Origin: Octopus vulgaris
Lineage: Eukaryota
DNA length: 64,000 nucleotides
Assembly (NCBI GenBank): GCA_951406725.2
Contig: OX597820.1
Location: forward strand, 105,028,001 to 105,092,000
Direction of reading: 5' to 3'
Below, in pieces: positions 14,397 through 28,514 of the stretch. Position 1 is the stretch's first letter. Each line of letters opens with the position of its first letter. Both the position numbers and the translations under genes were made by a program. Under the pieces are notes generated by a model that made no database searches, was not told the origin of the DNA, and was given only the letters and a program-made list of their open reading frames with translations.

Positions 14397-15060
14397 AGGT
14401 GCAGGAGTGGCTGTGTGGTAAGTAGCTTGCTTACCAACCACGTTAGATGGAAACTGAAAGAAGCCCATCGTATATATGTATATATGTGTGTATATGTTTG
14501 TGTGTCTGTGTTTGTCCCCCCAACATTGCTTGACAACCGATGCTGGTGTGTTTACGTCCCTGTAACTTAGCAGTTCAGCAATAGAGACCGATAGAATAAG
14601 TACTAGGCTTACAAAGAATAAGTCCTGGGGTCGATTTGGTCAACTAAAGGCGATGCTCCAGCATGGCAGCAGTCAAATGAAACAATTAAAAAAAGTAAAA
14701 GAGTAAATGATAAAAAAACCCACAATGACATTTTTCTCCCTTTTTTTTAAGGAGTGGCTGTGTGGTAAGGAGCTTGCTTCCAAGTCCCACTGCATGGCAC
14801 CTTGGGCAGGTGTCTCCTACTATAGCCTGGAGCTGACCAAAGCCTTGTGAGTGGATGGGGAAGATGGAAATTGTCCCCACTCTCACCGCTTGACAATCAG
14901 TGTTGGTGTGTGTGTATGTCTCTATAACCTAATGGTTCAGCAAAAGAACCGATAGAATAAGTGCCAGGCTTAAAGGAAAAATAAAAACATTTGACTAAAA
15001 ATTCTTCAAGGCAGTGCCCCAGCATGGCCACAGTCTAATGACTGAAACAAGTAAAAGAAA
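14397..15060 (+). mobile_element. Two tandem SINE family A copies (~14397-14703 with internal deletion; ~14750-15060)
   Basis: Both start GGAGTGGCTGTGTGGTAAG and end ...CAGCATGGC..CAGTC.AATGA. Confidence 0.88.
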
Positions 15061-16721
15061 AAAAAAAGAAAAGATATATATATGCTTATGTGTGTATATG
15101 CATGTCTACTTGTGTTTACACACATCTGTATGCACATGTTTATGTGTTTACACAAGTTTTATGTAAGTATATTTGTGCATGTGTATGTTTGTGTGTGTTA
15201 TTTAGAAATGTAAGATAAACTTACAGAGTATGTATTTTTTTTTATTTTATACATCCTCTTATACTTGCTTCAAAGTCCTTCCCTCCACTCTTTTCTCATG
15301 TCTATGTTCTCCTACACTGAATTCCTCTCCATCTCCATCAATACTCTTTATCACCTAACTTTCCCTACCTCAATGACACAGAATACACACACTTTTCTGT
15401 TTTATTCTGTTTACATTTGTAGAGCCTTAGAAATAGGAAAATCTCTACTGAAAAAGATAAAATTTCCTTCTACTATTATTTATATTGATTCATGAAATTA
15501 AATTATTAGATGATTACTCTGTGTTTTACTTCAACTGTCGATATAAAAAAAAAAAAAAAAGGAACGTGCTTATATTTCTCACTGATAAAGAATGGAATGA
15601 ATATTCATGAAGATGATAGATTCAAAGAATTGTCAGGCCATTCAGAATAAAGAGCTCAAAGCAAGAAGTCTGAGAATAAAAATACCTAATCAATAACCAT
15701 GAGTCAGAAAAAATATATTTTGTTTCACCCAAGGGTGTGGTTTAAACAGGGAAGTAGGAATATTTGACACTTTTCCATAACACACAGAACATTTTGCACG
15801 GGTTGAAAGTAGTTTTGGGGTAACTTAACAAACCAACAAAACTAAGGAAAATAACATTGAATGAGAAGTAAAATGGTCTTTTTAAACAGAAAACAGATTT
15901 TTGTCAAGTTAATTAAAATAGATTGTTTCAAAATGTAATTATGACCAGTAACACCTGATGAAAGGAGGAAAAAGAAACACCAAATTCCAAATATTGTTGG
16001 AAATGAGTCATGAATAAAGATTGTGTACTTGCCAGGCAAGTAATTTGATCTGAGACCATGTATTGAAACTAAGATATGCAGTGAAATCCTGTTAGTACCT
16101 AGGTTGCAGTTAGTGTGACAAAAATTTTGACATAAATGTTGAAGTGAAGTTTAACAGTCTTTGTGTGTTTTTGAATGACTAATAATGTGTCTTCCACACT
16201 ATGATCATTTTAACTATGAATAAAGTTTACTTTGTATTAGTTAGCGATATCAAATGTTTACAAGTTTATGAAGATATATGACTTTCTAAAATTATAGACT
16301 AGCGTTGAATGTTTCTTATATTTAACCTGTTTAGATCATATAAATTATGAAATATCTTTAGTCTATAATTAAAAGCTATTTTGATTGCCAATTCCACTTT
16401 CAATGGAAGAGTAAATTATAAAATGTAGTGAAAATTAATTTAGTAAATACAAAGAAATACTTGATTTGAACTCAAATTGTAAAGACCTGGAAGAGCAAAA
16501 TACCTTGACAAAATACTTTTTGTAAGACACCCCTTAGCATTCAGATTACTCTGTGAAAGTAACACTTATTTATTCTTACTGTTTTGAATTAATCATGCAA
16601 TATCTTGTAACTGAGATTTTGATGATGTGACTGTTTATTTTCAGAATGATCTTGTAGAGTAGATGTGAGAGACTAGATTTGGCCAGTTTGAACTGAAACA
16701 GGCAGAACATTTTGGCTGGAT

Positions 16722-17131
16722 ATCTTTTATCTTTATCTTTTATCTGTTTCAGTCATTTGACTGCAGCCATGCTGGAGCACCGCCTTTAGTCGAGCAAATC
16801 GACCCCGGGACTTATTCTTTGTAAGCCCAGTACTTATTCTATCGGTCTCTTTTGCCGAACCGCTAAGTGACGGGGACGTAAACACACCAGCATCGGTTGT
16901 CAAGCAATGCTAGGGGGACAAACACACAAACACATACACTCACACATATATATATATATACATATATACGACAGGCTTCTTTCAGTTTCCGTCTACCAAA
17001 TCCACTCACAAGGCATTGGTCGGCCCGGGGCTATAGCAGAAGACACTTGCCCAAGATGCCACGCAGTGGGACTGAACCCGGAGCCATGTGGTTGGTTAGC
17101 AAGCTACTTACCACACAGCCACTCCTGCGCC
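16722..17131 (-). mobile_element. Full-length SINE family A inserted into a TTAA-MITE
   Basis: Reverse complement of the 7643 copy. The MITE sequence ...GGCTGGATA resumes as TATGGCCAGTTTAAATGCTAAAGGG after it. Confidence 0.9.
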
Positions 17132-17174
17132 TATATGGCCAGTTTAAATGCTAAAGGGCTAATGATTTTAATAA

Positions 17175-17420
17175 TACAGTGTAAGCTCATTGATTTAACA
17201 ATACCATATGATAGTAGAATGGATATCAAAGAAATTGAGAAATGTCAGGACCTAGATGAAGAGATTGTGGAAGATGGAGGTAATAATTATTTCTGTGGTA
17301 ATTGGTGTACTAAGCACAACACCCAAACTGCTACCTAAGAGTCTGAAGGATACTACAATTGAAATGGATTGTTGACATGCAAGAATCCTAAGAAAGATTC
17401 TTGAGATTTGAGGAGACTTG
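17175..17420 (+). mobile_element. Decayed 3' fragment of an RLE-clade LINE (R4/Dong/NeSL-like restriction-like endonuclease)
   Basis: CKLIDLTIPYDSRMDIKEIEKCQDL, then frameshifted VVIGVLSTTPK, resembles the IDxxxP..KExEK..YQDL..PVVIGALG pattern. Confidence 0.6.
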
Positions 17421-17749
17421 TCACCAAACACTAGGATAATTAAATTAGTTAGCGAAGATGAAAAATGAGTAATGGGTGTATATGGCATATATGCCCATTA
17501 CCCACTTTTCATCTTTGGTCTCATTGCTTGTTTACATCAGGTGGCTTGGATACGAAATGCCATAATGACAATCAGTGCTGGCTGTAATTTCTATAGAAAA
17601 TCTGTGGAGATAACATTAACAGGTGATGTAAAGAGAACTGTGAACACAGTATTGACTTATAAAAACGTTTCATACACTTTATAGTATATTATAGTTGCAC
17701 AACAAAATACTGTGTCCCAACAAGTCATAAATAATTAAATTAGCATTCA

Positions 17750-18460
17750 GTAGCTGGCAGAGTCATTAACACTCCGGCAAAATGCTTAGTGGCATTTTGT
17801 CTGTCTTTACCTTCTGAGTTCAACTTCCACCAAGATTGACTTTGCCTTTCATCCACTAAAATTTTGTCTGGTGTGTAAACAACTCTGCCAGAATGCTGGC
17901 ATATTGATGATAATAATAATTTTTATTTACTATAGGCACAAGGCCTGAAATTTAATGGGGAGGGACTAGTCAATTACATTGACCCTAGTATTCCACTGGT
18001 ACTTATTTTTTTCAATCCTGAAAGGATGAAAGGTAGAATTTGAAATCAGACTTAAAGATGGGACAAAATGCTGTTAAGTATTTTGCCTGGCATGCAGACA
18101 ATTCTTCCAGCTCACCACCTTATTGATGATGATGATGAGGATAATAATAATAATATTGATGATTCTCATTTTTGCTCAAGACCAGCAGCTTTTGAGGGGA
18201 GGGGGAAATCAATTACCTCAATGACACCCCTACCTCTGTGCTCAACAGGTACTTATTTTTCAGCCCTAAATGGATGAAAAGCAAAATTGATCTCAACAGT
18301 ATCTGAACTCAAAACTGCCATGGTTGACTTTGCTCTTCCCCTGTTTGGGGTTGACAAAATAAAATGCCAGTTAAGTACTGGGGTCATTGTAATCAACTTG
18401 CCCACTTCCTTCTAAATTGCTGGCCTTAAGCCAAAATTAGAAAGAATTATTATATAGTAT
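17750..18460. mobile_element. Cluster of SINE family B fragments in both orientations
   Basis: GAGCTGGCAGAATC head, TTCTGAGTTCAAATTCC B-box-like region, GACTTTGCCTTTCATCC core and (TTA)n tails. Confidence 0.8.
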
Positions 18461-18627
18461 AAAAGTTCTGAGATGGGCAGAATCATTAGAGTGTTGAATA
18501 AAAAGAAGTTTTTATTTGCCACAAGGGCAACTGATAAGGGTAGAGTACAAAAACAAAATACAAAATAGTGCAAAGTTCACACAGAATTGGTTATGAAAAA
18601 AGAAATGGAATAAAGAGAAAAACCTAC

Positions 18628-18799
18628 CTCGTGATCCTTCAATGAGCTTCTTCCTAGCAGGGGCTGAAAAAGGGTCTCCCCGCAGCATATCCGAAGCCTG
18701 GAGGAGCAGAATAGAAGCATCTTCGACACGGCTGAGCGCTGGTGGCATATCTTGTTTGAGAATCTGGTCTTCACTGTTGTTAATGGTATCATAACCAAC
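18628..18799 (-). CDS. VCL: Vinculin, next coding exon (probably exon 3), 172 bp, phase 0/1: VGYDTINNSEDQILKQDMPPALSRVEDASILLLQASDMLRGDPFSAPARKKLIEGSR(G)
   Basis: ORF 18512..18748 contains MPPALSRVEDASILLLQASDMLRGDPFSAPARKKLIEGSRG, a vinculin head D1 sequence. Acceptor ctgcag at 18800-18805, donor gtaggt at 18627 and down. Length is 57 codons plus 1 nt. Confidence 0.96.
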
Positions 18800-19679
18800 C
18801 TGCAGACAATTGCAACATCCACTTTAATTATGTTTAATGTGGTTCAGAAGCATGATAAAACATGATTGAATCACACACACACATACTCATATACAGAGAC
18901 ACATACATACAGAAAAATGTGGACACAAATACACACAAAAATGTTTATCCTCTCTTCTATAATGCTTGTTATGCCTGTCTTTGTTAAATCATTGCTAAAA
19001 CATTATCTTCATGTAATTTAAAGAAGTGGTTGCAGTGTGATGGTATATCAACAGAGTTTAAAAGCTATGAAGAGAAGTTCAAATTCGGTAACTCTCCTAT
19101 TCTTTTCCATTCATTGAAAATTACTTCTGATTCTCATTGAAATATAATTATGAATGTCTACAAGGCAACAAATGTCGTACTTATACAGTGGTAGGATGTC
19201 ATGACATTCATATCCCCATCATCATCACTTAGCATCCATATTCTTTGCTGGCATGGATTGGATGATTTAACAGGATCCGACAGGTCGGAGGACCATGTCA
19301 AGTTCCAATGTCTGTTTTGGCCAAGTTCCCACAGTTGGATGCCCTTCCTAATGATAATACTTAATAGAGTGTACTCAGTGCTTTTTTGTATCACCAGCAT
19401 TAGTGAGGTTGCCAAACAGCTTGCAAGACAAAATGCCTTACCTGAGAGAGAGGATGAGGTGACTTTATACCAGGTATTGGAAGGCAAGAGTATGATAGTG
19501 AAATAGGAACTGGTGTGTTGCTCTAGAGAAGATGCATATCTACCCCAGTTAGAAAAGGAAAGATGGTGGTGATGAGGTGGCAGGACATACCCCCAAGGTA
19601 GAAGAGAATGAATGTGAGGGGGATGGGGACAAAAGATACCTTCTCCAAAAAGCTTTGATAGTTTAAGCAGAACAACAGT

Positions 19680-19897
19680 TTAATACCAATCCTCCTGAGT
19701 CTGCCTCGGGTTCTATGATACAAACTTGCTATTATAAAGGATCTAAATTAAAGACTTTCATCAAAATTTCATGCTAATCTATGCTCTAAATGTCAGCTTA
19801 ATAATGGCAGCTGTTTTACTAAATTTTTCCTTATTTTCAAAACTAATAAAATCAAAGACAGTGTATTTCAACACAAATATGTTAACAGAAGGGTTAA
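19680..19897. mobile_element. Second TTAA-type MITE family; copies at ~32118-32335, 39449-39668, 39940-40150(-), 51050-51230, 61765-61975(-)
   Basis: Shared body ATACCAA.CC..CTGAG..T.CC.CTGGTTCTATGATACAAACTT...AAATATGGTAACAGAAGGG|TTAA. The 39449 copy starts TTAA|CCCTTTT. Confidence 0.72.
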
Positions 19898-21884
19898 ACA
19901 AGAAAGAACAGAATGGATAACTTGCTCGCTCTACCAACAACCTATTACCACATCAGGTTCTCCATCACAACAATTCAACAACAAAGCTGATTTATAAAAC
20001 CATTGATATAAATTCAAAATTTGCCATCAATTATATGCCACTGCTGCCATCATTTTATATACCATCATGTCTTTTCTATTTCCAATATATAATTTCTTCA
20101 ACCAGAATGTAAGTTCAAAATCCTTGTTATTTTGTTGTCATTATTTTAGCAGTATACTTACTTTTCCAATTCAAATTTCAACTATGTCATTTGTAAATGT
20201 TATTTACCATATAAACTTGTACTAAACATCCTTCTTTCTATTACAGTAGTTACATTGTTGCATGCTAATATAGAGGAAAATGTCTACAAACTCTTCTTTT
20301 TACCCAAAAAATTGTACAGGCACATTGTCAATAGTAAATAAAAAGAAATTGGTTTCTCCTTGCCAAATCGTTTCTCTGATTAACACAAATACAGCTTTTA
20401 TATAAACCAACCTAATTTTGATATTTTACTTTTAAGGTTTTAAAGTGAAATACTTTACATTTAAATAGATAGAGTCATATCAACAACAACAAAAACCTAG
20501 ACATCGTAACTTTGCAGTTAAAATATTTTCATTTCATTTATATATTAAGTACATACATGGTTGTGTGGTTAAGAAGTTTGTTTTATGTGGCACTTTTATA
20601 ACGTCAGAATGACCAATGTCTTGAGGGTGAAATTTAATAGATGGAGACTATACAGAAGCCTAGTTAGTGTGTGAGTGTGACTGTGTCTTATAGTGTTTAT
20701 GTATTCATGTGTTTTATTCATATGTCTTTCCATTGAAGATACTTAGACAGCAATGTTGTCTGTGTCATGCGTAAGCAAAAGCTCTACTAGCTCAGTGGTT
20801 CAACAAATGAAGATGAGGAGTAAAGTACCTTACGTGCAAACAAGAGTTGGCAACAGGAATGGTATCCAAACACTGAACACTGATCAACATGTCTCAACCA
20901 ACCCATACCGTATCAAAATAGCAGATGTAAAAACAATGATGATGATGAATCAATTCCAGCAGATATTACAGAATCTTTTTTTTACCATATCTTTAGAGGT
21001 ATTGTCCCCACTTAATTTTGAAAGAAGAATTATCTTTTATGCTATTAAAGAGAATCCAACTGCAACAGCAGTCAGCTCACACTAAAAGCCAAATTACTCA
21101 GAAACTAATAAAACAGTTTAATCTACAAATAAATATGAAACTTTAGTGAGTTAAAAAGCATCACTGTCAACTAAATACATAAATATGTTAAGTAGATAAA
21201 GCTGGCTGTTTATTCATGTTACCCTTATATTGTTGATTTGTTGTTGTTGTTTTTGTTTTTTTTAAGACTCAGAAATATTCACATTAAAAGAAAGATTTAG
21301 CCCAATATTATTTTGTGAAGTTCTGTGTAAAAGAATTTCCAGTGCTATTCACTAACAGAAAGGAGCTAGTTGTCATATTCTGAGATATTTGATATGCCAT
21401 TATTAATGAATGAATAAAAGCAATGTGTAAAAGAAACAGCTGTTTATTACAAAAATAAAAAAAAAAAAAGAAAAATGTAACAATGCTAGACCAAGTTGCA
21501 TTTTTGGCAAGTAATAACTGAACCACACTCAATAAATATTTTGATATTTCTATACAGAATTACAAATAAAGGATAGTAAAGTAAGTTATAATTTTGACAT
21601 TAGTTTTCAATTCTGTCCCCATGCTCATAAATCCTCTTTACATTTTCCCCTTCCATGATCATTACTGATAAGTGACCCCTTCATTTTAATAAATAAATAA
21701 CTAAAATAAATAATGCTCCAAATTTATTACAGAGTCATTTAATGCTCTTAAATCTATTGATAATACAAATAGATGTTAGCTTTATCAGCAGATTGCATGT
21801 TTTTTTGTTATAATATCAAACTATATATAATTTTTTTTTCTTTTCAGATAACAATATTACATGACCATGTAGATAAGCTATAAC

Positions 21885-21928
<44 letters not shown>

Positions 21929-23454
21929 TCATACATCATTACAACAATCACTGCATAAAGTTCTATAGTGAGAAGCTTAGTTACAAATGAGAGGTAAGTG
22001 TGCTGAGTGGGTTGAGGCCAGAATGGCATAGTTTAAACAAATAAGAAGCAAAAGCCAGCCATAGAAATTCCTCAGGGTAGGGTGGAGGAAGACAGAGTTT
22101 GACAATGGGCCAGTGTTAGAAAAATATTGCATGTGGCCTTGCTTATCAAGTCGTTTTCCACCCTTACCTACCCTATATTATCTGCAGAGTTCATACTGAA
22201 AAGATGGCTTTTATGTTATGCTTGTCATCAAAATATTTGATTTCACTTTCTGCCTCTAATCCATTGCCAGTATGGAAAACAGCCATTAAATGATGATAAT
22301 AATCACACAGCAACCATCACACACAAATTTACTGACATTCCACAACAACTGACCCACTGCTAAAATATATACCTTCTTCCAACTGCACATCAACAGTATT
22401 TGTTCATATGAACTTTGTTGACTATCAATCCAGCTTCATCAAAACCTACTTTCTACATGCCTCTGACATTCCTCCCTAAAAGTGTTTGAAAGGCAATCAT
22501 ATAACCCTCACCTAGGCATCCCAACTTCTCTAAGAAAACCACTTCTCGAATCCATGATAAGTAGATAAATAAATCAATCAATAGATAAATATTCAATGAT
22601 ATCAAAGAGAAGGCTAGTGGAAATAGCAAAAACGTTAAACACAAAACTTAGAAGTTTGCCTCTACAGAATATAGTAGACTAACAAATTCTGCTGTCAGTG
22701 TAACTGTCTAATGTTATTTAGAATTCAATGACAATATTGGCAATAAACTTTGATTACCTAATTAATTATTTGCAGTCCCATCAGATAACTTTAGAAACTC
22801 GTCAATGAATAAGCCAACATTTTCAGAACTAGTCTTTCTCATTTGCAAAATGAACCCCACTTAATTTTGCTCTGATTCCTTTCAATTTTGGTGTATCAAT
22901 GCAACTCTGAATTTTGATTACCACCAAATGAATTACTTTATCTTGCAAATTAAAGAATTTGATGTTATTTGGAATTAAAGCTGGGTAATTTTAGCCAATC
23001 AACTGACAGTGTGGCATTAGCAGCTTGTTACCATGGTAACTGCATAGTGTGTTCACATTTCAACAGCCTAACTGAAATTTAGCACACATAACAGGAACTG
23101 AGAGGGATATCGTGCAACAGAGAAACTGGGGGTGATACAGATAATTTGACATTTTTTAATTCTGTATGCAAAAACATATAAGATACAGGTATTCTTTTCC
23201 TTGGGACAAATTCTTTGTTGACCAGTGTTATCCTTATCATAGTTTACAAATCCAAGCATGAAAACATTACTCAACTTTGGAATTTCAGAGACAGATGTCC
23301 CATTTTCACACACACACACTTGCACACACGCATGCATGGACGGACACACACACATACATGCACTTATATATTAATGATGTACATAAACACATGGCAGGTA
23401 TACATAATACTGAAGTACGCATAAAGTAAACACATGCAGACAAATATCTCCTTT

Positions 23455-23650
23455 TCTGCTCTAGCCACAAGGCCCAAAATTTTAGGGGAGGTGGCCAGTC
23501 GATTAGATCGACCCCAGTATGCAACTGCCACTTAATTTATTGACCCCAAAAGGCTGAAAGGCAAAGTCAACCTCGGAGGAATTTGAACTCAGAACATATA
23601 CCGCTAAGCATTTCGCCCGGTGTGCTTACGTTTCTGCCAGCTCACTGCCA
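23455..23650 (-). mobile_element. SINE family B copy; similar solo copies at ~3380-3550(-), 41170-41340(-), 53113-53330(-)
   Basis: Reverse complement of the family B consensus (AAAGGCAAAGTCAACCTC..GGAATTTGAACTCAGAAC..CTGCCAGCTC). Confidence 0.82.
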
Positions 23651-24689
23651 TGCAGACAAATATATTAACATAACAAATTTTTAAAAATAAAAAAATACAA
23701 TCAATGAAGAGACAGTGATTTTATTAGGTATTTCTGTTTATTTAGAAAACTACAATGAACAGGTAAGACACTAAACTATAAATTTCACAGGGTACAACCT
23801 TAAAGTTGACATCGCTCTGCTCAACGCAGAAAATTTCTGTCTCACTATTGGCTAAAAGGGCCCAGTTTTTTCAATTTTTAAACCTCTGTAACTTTTTTCT
23901 CCACAGCATCATACCTTCAAAGCAATGAGACTGGAAGGCTACCTTATTATAACCAATTTTCAGTTTTTTTTACTTCCTTTTAAAAAATGCATATTTTGCA
24001 AATGAAAAAAACTGGATCCACATACATACATATACAGCTCTGTTCCTTACACCACACCCACAAATAAAATGTAAACAATGTACTCCACTCCAAAGAAACA
24101 ATAAAAGAAAATTAAGTACACATCCAACTGATGTCAAATCACTTAGACTAATTAATCACTTTAATTGATTAACTTGGATCTGTTTGCTTTATTTCATTGT
24201 TTTAGAGGGTAGGAGAAGGAGGACAAGCAGTAATGGTTATCAAATTAAGCTGCTGGACTTAATTTTGTCTAAGCAATTCTGCTCTCCTACATCAGCAAAT
24301 GTACAATCTTGCACATTGACTTAGTGATTCATTGATCTCCATATGGCAAAAGTACAGCTTGCTTTGCACCACTGAGGAGGTCAGAATTAGACTGAAAGAA
24401 GTTCAGAGCTGTCTCCCATACTTAATAGCTTTGTCATGACCAACATTGATTTTCTCCACTTACCACATATTTATAGTTAGTTAACACTAACATTTTAACT
24501 ATTTTAACTACATATATGGTCACTTACAGTGAATAGTTGCTGTGCAACACTGCTAATTCCATTCTCCTTAAATGTTAAAATGCCATGACCTTTCTTTACA
24601 AGGTCAACTTTATCTGTCATCACACAACGGTTGATAGCATAAACAAATACAAACTCCTTCCTCCACAAAACTGCAGGCCATGTGCCAAA

Positions 24690-25705
24690 ATCTGAAACAG
24701 TTACTAAGTTGGCAATTTGGCAGAATTGTTACGGCATTGAAAAAAATGCCTTGGGACATTTGTTCAAGCACTTTACATTCTGAGTTCAAATCCCACTGAG
24801 CTTAACTTTACCTTTCATCTCTCCAGGGTTGATAATGCACCATTTAATCCTTGTATCAAACAATTCCCTACCCTCAAAATTGTTGGCCTGATCCCAAAAT
24901 TTGAAACTACTATTATTATTATTATGAAAAGTGATGAGCTGGCAGAATTGTTAACGTGTTGGATACAATGCTTAACAGCATTCCTTTCTTCTGGTTCTTT
25001 ATGTTCCAAGTCAAAATTCTGCCAAGGTCAACTTTGTCATTCATCCTTACACAGTTTATAAAATAAAGTACCTGTCAAATACCAATAAAATTGACTTGCC
25101 CCTCCCTCAAAATTGCTGGCTGTGTGCCAAAATAAGAAAAATGATATTATTATTATTATTGAATGACAGAGCAGGGCATGCCATCAAAGTGACATTAGGG
25201 AACAAATACACAAAGCCCAGTATACCCATCATGACCACCATCTGATAAGGGTACACCAGACACATGCATCAAAACCATATGTGTGTTACATGGTGATCTC
25301 ATATCAAGATAAACAGGGCATGACCTTGCAGGTGGGGCCCAGTTAGAATTTTATTCAGGTCGAGTAGCCCATCCCACTAAAAAGGTCCTTGAATAAGGTT
25401 TGTTTAAGGATTTTGAGCAAAACACCCATGCTTCCAGGGGGCAATTATTCAAACCCTAAAGAATTCCTTTCAACACATGGCTATGATGCTCCCCCACTAT
25501 TCTTGCTCAGAGAAGTACATATCAGCCACAAAGAGAAATGCTCAACTGGTTATAGTCTAGCAATGGACAAGCAAATCTGTGGTATTGAGTGGAATATTTA
25601 CTGTAGCCCATCTTTTATACTAAGACAAAACATATACATGATAACACTTCCAATTAGTTAAGATCAAAAGCCATGAGAGTCACTGCCAGGTATTGCACCA
25701 AGGCA

Positions 25706-25752
<47 letters not shown>

Positions 25753-27232
25753 TGTGGTGAACTGGCAGAATCATTAGCACTCCAAGCAAAATGCTCAGTG
25801 GTATTTCGTCTGCTGTAAAATTCTGAGTCCAAATTCCGCTGAGGTCAACTTTGCCTTTCATCCTTTTGAGATTGATTAAATAAGTACCAGTTACACACTG
25901 AGGTAGATGTAATTGACTTAATCCCTTCACCCAAATTTGAGGCCTTGTGCTTCCAGTAGAAAGGATTGTTGTTGTTATTTATTATTATTATTATTACTAT
26001 TAAGGTGGTAAGCTAGCAAATCTATTAGCACACTTGGCAAAATGTTTAATGGCATTTTATCCATCTTTATGTTGAGTTCAAATTCCACCATCTTCTTTCA
26101 TTCTTTTGGGTGTTGATAAAACAAGAACCAGTGGAGCATTAGAGTTGATATAAACAACTAGACCATGTCCCCTAAAAATTTCAGGTCTTGTGCCTATAGC
26201 AGAAAGGGTTATTATTATTATTATCAAGGTAACAAGCTAGCAGAATTGTTAAGCACATTGGACAAGATGCTTAGCAGCATTTCATCTATCTTCATGTTCT
26301 GACTTCAAATTCTGCTGAGGCCAATTTTGCCTTTCATCCTTTTGGGGTTAATACAATACCAGTGAGCACTGGGGTCAATGACACTGACATGTCCTCAGCC
26401 CCAAAATTTCAGGCTTTTACCGATAGAAGAAAAGAATATTCTTATCATTATCATCAACATTATTATTATTAATGGTTTCAGATACTGGCACAAGCCCAAC
26501 AATTTCAGGAGTAGGTCTAAGTTGGTTACACCAATCCTAGTATTCAGCTGGTAATAATAATAAGGTCCGAAATTTTGGGGGAGGAGGCCAGATGATTAAA
26601 TTGACTCCAGTATGCAACTGGTACTTAGTTTATTGACCCCAAAAGGATGAAAGGCAAAGTCAACCTTCGTGGAATTTGAACTCAGAATGTAAAGGTTGAT
26701 GAAATGCTGCTAAGCATTTCGTCCAGCATGCTAACGATTCTGCCAGCTCGCTACCTCAATAACAATAATAAATTATTATTATAGTAATAATAATAATAAT
26801 CCTGGGATTTTGGAGACGAGATAATTGATTACATCGATCCCAGTACTTGACTAGTACTTAATTTATCAACCTCGAAAGGATGAAAGTTGACATCAGTAGA
26901 ATTTGAACTCAGAACATAGCAATGAGCAGAATACCACTAAACATTTCGTCCAGCTGGCTACCTTAATGATAATGATGATGATAATGATAATAATAATAAT
27001 AATAATAACAATGATTTCAAATTTTGACACAATGCTAGCAAGTTAAAGGGAGTGGGGGGTAAGTCAATTACATTGATCCCACTGCTCAACTGGTACTTAT
27101 TTTACCAACCCTGAAAGGATGAAAGACAAAGTTGACCTCAGCAGCATTTGAACTCAGAACATAATGACGGACAAAATGCCACTAAGTACTTTGCCCAACA
27201 TGCTAACAATTCTGCTGGTTTGCCACCTTAAT
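24690..27232. mobile_element. Dense array of about 9-10 SINE family B copies: plus-strand copies to ~26460, then minus-strand copies
   Basis: Plus heads near 24710, 24935, 25755, 26003 and 26228. Minus copies at ~26470-26555, 26565-26760, 26800-26965 and 27010-27230. Copies are separated by (TTA)n/(TAA)n. Confidence 0.88.
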
Positions 27233-28514
27233 ACTACTACTACTACTACTCCTACTGCTACTACTACTACTACTAATAATAATAACAATCATAATAATAA
27301 TAATAATAATAACAATAATAATAATGATAAAAGCAACTAAAGGATAAAAATAACAGAAAAACAGTAATTACTCTTATTTCTTTGTTTTTTTTTATACAAC
27401 AAAAAAAAAGTAAAACCAAGTTGATAGAAAGTGTAGAGTATTGCATTAATCTTGATATTTCTCCACTGGGAAAATGTTGGCTCATTTATTGACACATTTC
27501 TCAAATTATCCAATGAAACTGTTAACAATTAATTAGGTAATTAAGTTTAGTGCTCTAGCTTATTGCCATCACTTTCCATTCCTCTGTGATCAGAAAAGTA
27601 AATATCAATAAAAACTTACAAATTACACAGTTTTAGAGGAAGAGATTTAATTTGTTGAATAAGCAAAAGATATTCAGAATTAGAAGCTCAATATACTTTC
27701 AGATGAGACATTAGCTTACTTACACTTGGCTAATTTCTGTGAATTTCTGTTTGACTGAGTCAAGTATTGAATTTGTAATGGTTTTTATGAAGAGTTAGAG
27801 AATATATGTAGTTAAGCGAAATAGAAGAAAGGGGCTTGCCAGAAGCCAACAGTGGAATATTAATGTTTTAGTGTTCTGATGTATTAATGAGATGCTAGAT
27901 AAGTGTTTCCCCTGAAGTTTTATAGCTAATCTCCAACTCAGTCAAATAACTGTTTTTCAAAAACCCAGCCTAATTCCCTAAACAGTGAATGATTTCCAAA
28001 CCTAAGAGACAACAAATATGAAAATGTACATATATCACCAACAGAAAGCTTTTAAGAACTAATGCTCGGCTTCAGTTCCTTGGCATTAGAAGACAAGAAA
28101 GTAAACTCTCCAGGAGTAGAACTGGTATATTTCAGATAACATTCCCTGACGATCTAATACCTAGTCTCAACAGCAAGGTAAGCTGGGATATACACAACTG
28201 TGTTATCATTATCATCACCATCATCATTCAACATCCATGGGTTGGATGGTTTAATGGCTGACAGGAACTGGCCAGCTGGAGATCTGTCTAGGCTCCAATT
28301 GTCTGTTTTGACCTGGTTTCTATGGTTGGATGCCTGCTCTTCCTAATGCCAACCACTTTACAAAGTATGTTGGGTGCTTTTTTACATGGCACCAGCACAA
28401 GTGCATTGTATGTGACACTAGCATGAGTGCATTTGACATGGCACTAGCACCTGCAAGACAAAGATCTCTCAGCTGGGAGATGGAGTAAGAGTATGGCCAT
28501 AAAGGACATATCTG

